A stretch of 55,190 bases of DNA, counting the filler, from Bipalium vagum (taxonomy: Eukaryota): the NCBI GenBank assembly GCA_037834085.1. It is 3 parts of 3 records of this genome, joined end to end, with 100 filler letters (N's around TTAATTAATTAA, not from the genome) between each part and the next. Parts side by side here need not be neighbours in the genome. Positions count along the whole stretch, not along the records: positions 39,667 to 55,190 come from JBBMKC010161831.1; 2 more parts are not named here. The stretch is one strand, 5' to 3'. This document shows, one piece after another, positions 52,560 to 55,190 of the stretch. The notes under the pieces are model-generated. The model worked only from the letters and a program-made list of their open reading frames with translations. It did not search any database and was not told the origin of the DNA. Both the position numbers and the translations under genes were made by a program. Position 1 is the stretch's first letter; each line of letters starts with the position of its first letter.

Positions 52560-53000
52560 TTGATGGTAACTGTTTGGGCCCGTATCATTATAAATGTCAA
52601 TATAAATAAATCATTTTGAATGGATAAGAGAATCAAAGAAGCGAACAAGATTAATAATTGCTTTATCTTTTGATTATCTTTACCAGTATTTCCAAGGAAA
52701 AATTTAGTTTATCAATCGAAAACTAAGGGATATGAGATGAAAAGCTTCAGGAAATTAAAATATCTTTCTCAAAGACTAAAACTAATGAGCCAAACTATAT
52801 CCGGAAAAATATAATTAAACCTGGAATTCATCAACAACTCGTTCAGTTATTTCTAGATTTAATCAAGAAATGGAATTATAATCTTAAGAGGTCTAGAAAT
52901 TCAGCTTAATAAATTTCAGATGAGATAAGCTTAAAAGAAATCAAAGAGTTCCTGAAACTGACACAGCTAATTGTACCAGTCATGATATGAGACCATTTCT
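52560..53000 (+). mobile_element. Decayed non-LTR (RTE-like) reverse-transcriptase C-terminal region
   Basis: LGP...INNC/LLY..., IKISFSKTKT and LKLTQLIVPVMI* echo the RTE motifs LKIS..KTK and KLY.ALIVPVLLYG. Confidence 0.4.
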
Positions 53001-53251
53001 TATTTTACAATCCAAACGTTCGTCTCTCGAAACAGATTTCCATTAAAGATCATTCAGAAACTTCTCAATTAATCAAATAACAATTTTCTATATATATATA
53101 AAGTTTTATTTATTATTATTTTAATTTTATTATGTGTGCAAAACAGTTTCAAAATTCGGAAAAAAGACACTACAATTGAAAAAGATTTTCTTTTAGTTAT
53201 TTCTCCTTAGTTATTTATTGTAAAGAAAAACATCCGGAAACTTATTCACAC

Positions 53252-53255
<4 letters not shown>

Positions 53256-53297
<42 letters not shown>

Positions 53298-53308
53298 TGT
53301 GTGTGTGC
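53256..53308. repeat. (TA)n microsatellite followed by a short (TG)n
   Basis: Seen directly. Confidence 0.95.
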
Positions 53309-53749
53309 TTTAATTGATTTTAATATAATAGTTTGAGAAGATATATATAAACAGAATTGTAAATAAAAAACGATCGAAATTTTTCAATTCACATAAATAT
53401 ATTATTGGCAACGTTTTGCTATAAAGCCCGATATTCACGGCAGTAACAAACTTGAAAGAAAAAATATATTTAGGATCCTCATTAGTTAAATAATAATAAT
53501 AATATTCTTATTATATTATTTTATTATATTAATAGATAATTACACAAAATTTCCTTTATTGCCTAAAAAATTATCAAATGAAATTTAATACAAGTGTTTG
53601 TGGAGATGTTGTAAAGGAAATAAAAATAAGTTTGAATGGAAGAATACATTTTTTTCTCAAAATATAAAAAATATGGTTTTAATTCAAAATCTTATATTGT
53701 TCTGTTTATTGTTTGTTTGTCTACCTTTGTTGTGATTTGACTAAATATG

Positions 53750-54100
53750 GAAGTTATTCCGTGTCCGTCAGTAAGCATACGAATCTGTGAATGTTGGAAG
53801 AATTTTAAATTTAGACATAGTGATGCAGAATTTTCATTTGAGGCGATGGTCCATTTGTTTACTTCAATACCTCAATGTAATATAGTTTGAAAATTCAGCC
53901 AAAACCTCTGTGGTCATGTAACATCCAATATTTGCTTTTAGTAATTGAAAAGAAACGTCCACTTTTCATTTGTAGTTACAATATGGTGACAGCGATCATC
54001 TGTAAAGTTTTCCGAAGAAATCTTTCAGGTTCCAAGGAATAAGATATTTTAAACTGTTCAATTTGATGAGATTAAATGTAATTTGCAGTGTTTTTTTTTT
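53750..54100 (-). mobile_element. Decayed mariner core fragment
   Basis: HIVTTNEKWTFLFN (cf. RIVTGDEKW) followed by WLNFQTILH (cf. WWNFEGIIH). Confidence 0.45.
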
Positions 54101-54274
54101 AAAAATTCCCCTTTTAAATATGAAAGGATACGTGTGTTCCTCGAACTGCAATATTGCATTAGCTAGATGTAATTTTACTTATGACTTTGGTTATGGACAT
54201 TAACAAGTTTGAACATTCATTCGATTATCCGAAAAATAAATATTTCTCTTTTAAATTTATTTCTCAGTATAAAA

Positions 54275-54770
54275 ATGACATTAACCCTCGATAGTTTACG
54301 TGTCGTGATATAATATGATTTTCTTTGAAAATTATTTCAACAGTGCACCGATCAGATAACTTTAATTTTTGATAATGAGGTTCCGTGCAAAGTGTAATGG
54401 CTTGTTTAAACAATTTAATAGTGGTCCTAGCTTGCTGGTATATAACCTTACAGAAAGACACAGAAAATCAGTTATTGTTTTAGGTGCCATTCAAGAACTG
54501 ATTAAGATTCATCATCATATGATTTACCACGATTTTCAGACATCATTGATCATTAATATGGCTAATATGTGCTTGATATTCCATGAACATTTGGCTGTGA
54601 GAAAAACTAGGTACCTATTTTGTACTGCATAAACTAACATTTGTTCAAAAAGTAGCTCGTGTGGATTGATCAAGAAAAAATTCTTAGAAATTCAATTCCA
54701 TCAAGCTTAGATCTGTTTACAACATCATATCAGGTGATGAATCTTGGATATATGCGTATACACCATGATT
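54275..54770 (+). mobile_element. Mariner transposase N-terminal-to-core pseudogene
   Basis: FKQFNSG...AIQELIK..H...SL.I...IFHEHLAVRK...LHKLTFVQKVARVD*...VYNIISGDESWIYAYTP, cf. ILHEHLAVKK..WIPHNLT.AQK.ARVDWC...IVTGDESWIYAYEP. Confidence 0.9.
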
Positions 54771-55190
54771 TTGTTTTCTTCCAGTTGTTAAGATCCTGAA
54801 AGATGGGTAGATGTTAAAAGTGGAGCTTAATGTATTTAGGTCTTAACGTTTGAAGGTTGCTTATTTAAGTGTTCGCTAATATTAGTTAAAATGATTGAGA
54901 GAACGATTTGACTTTTATAACTTATTTTTATTAAAATAAAGTATATATTTACAAACGAGTGATATTATAATTTTTCTACTCATTCTTATTACTATTTTTA
55001 CCGTTCTTTTAATTTTTACTATAAGAATTTTACTTATTATTTAATTTTGGTAACCTTTTGTTACTTCACTATAAATTTCTTTGAATTCCCAAATATTTCC
55101 CTCAATTCATTACTTTATATTGGGTTGTGGAATAAGTTCTGCATTATTTTTAAATAATAAAGTTTATACAAAATTTTCTCAAATAATTAT

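Overview
Eukaryotic, very AT-rich invertebrate-animal-like genomic DNA. A free-living flatworm or planarian is plausible from the short AT-rich introns, (TAA)n tracts and abundant mariner debris, but taxonomy cannot be proven from the sequence alone. The window is three contigs joined by artificial 100-bp spacers (N44-TTAATTAATTAA-N44 at 23932-24031 and 39567-39666). Spliced genes reconstructed by hand in the standard code with GT-AG introns: presequence protease PITRM1 (minus, 11 exons, runs off the left edge), mucolipin/TRPML (minus, 10 exons), an A20/AN1 zinc-finger gene (minus, 4 exons) and, head-to-head with it, V-ATPase subunit A (plus, 9 exons). There is also an intronless RING ORF cut by a gap and possible orphan exons. 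The rest is transposon debris: about 9 dead Tc1/mariner copies of several subfamilies, a Ty3/gypsy-type integrase, LINE and Penelope-like scraps, MITEs and a tRNA-Ala pseudogene. The most notable find is a ~1.2-kb non-autonomous element with ~220-bp terminal inverted repeats that carries a frameshifted fragment of a host exostosin (EXTL3-like GT64) gene plus a second coding-like fragment, i.e. a Pack-type gene-capturing TIR element. A second segment, holding the gypsy integrase, is bounded by perfect 18-bp inverted repeats that start with the same TATATAAA. Exon boundaries and remnant limits were read by eye and may be off by a few bases.
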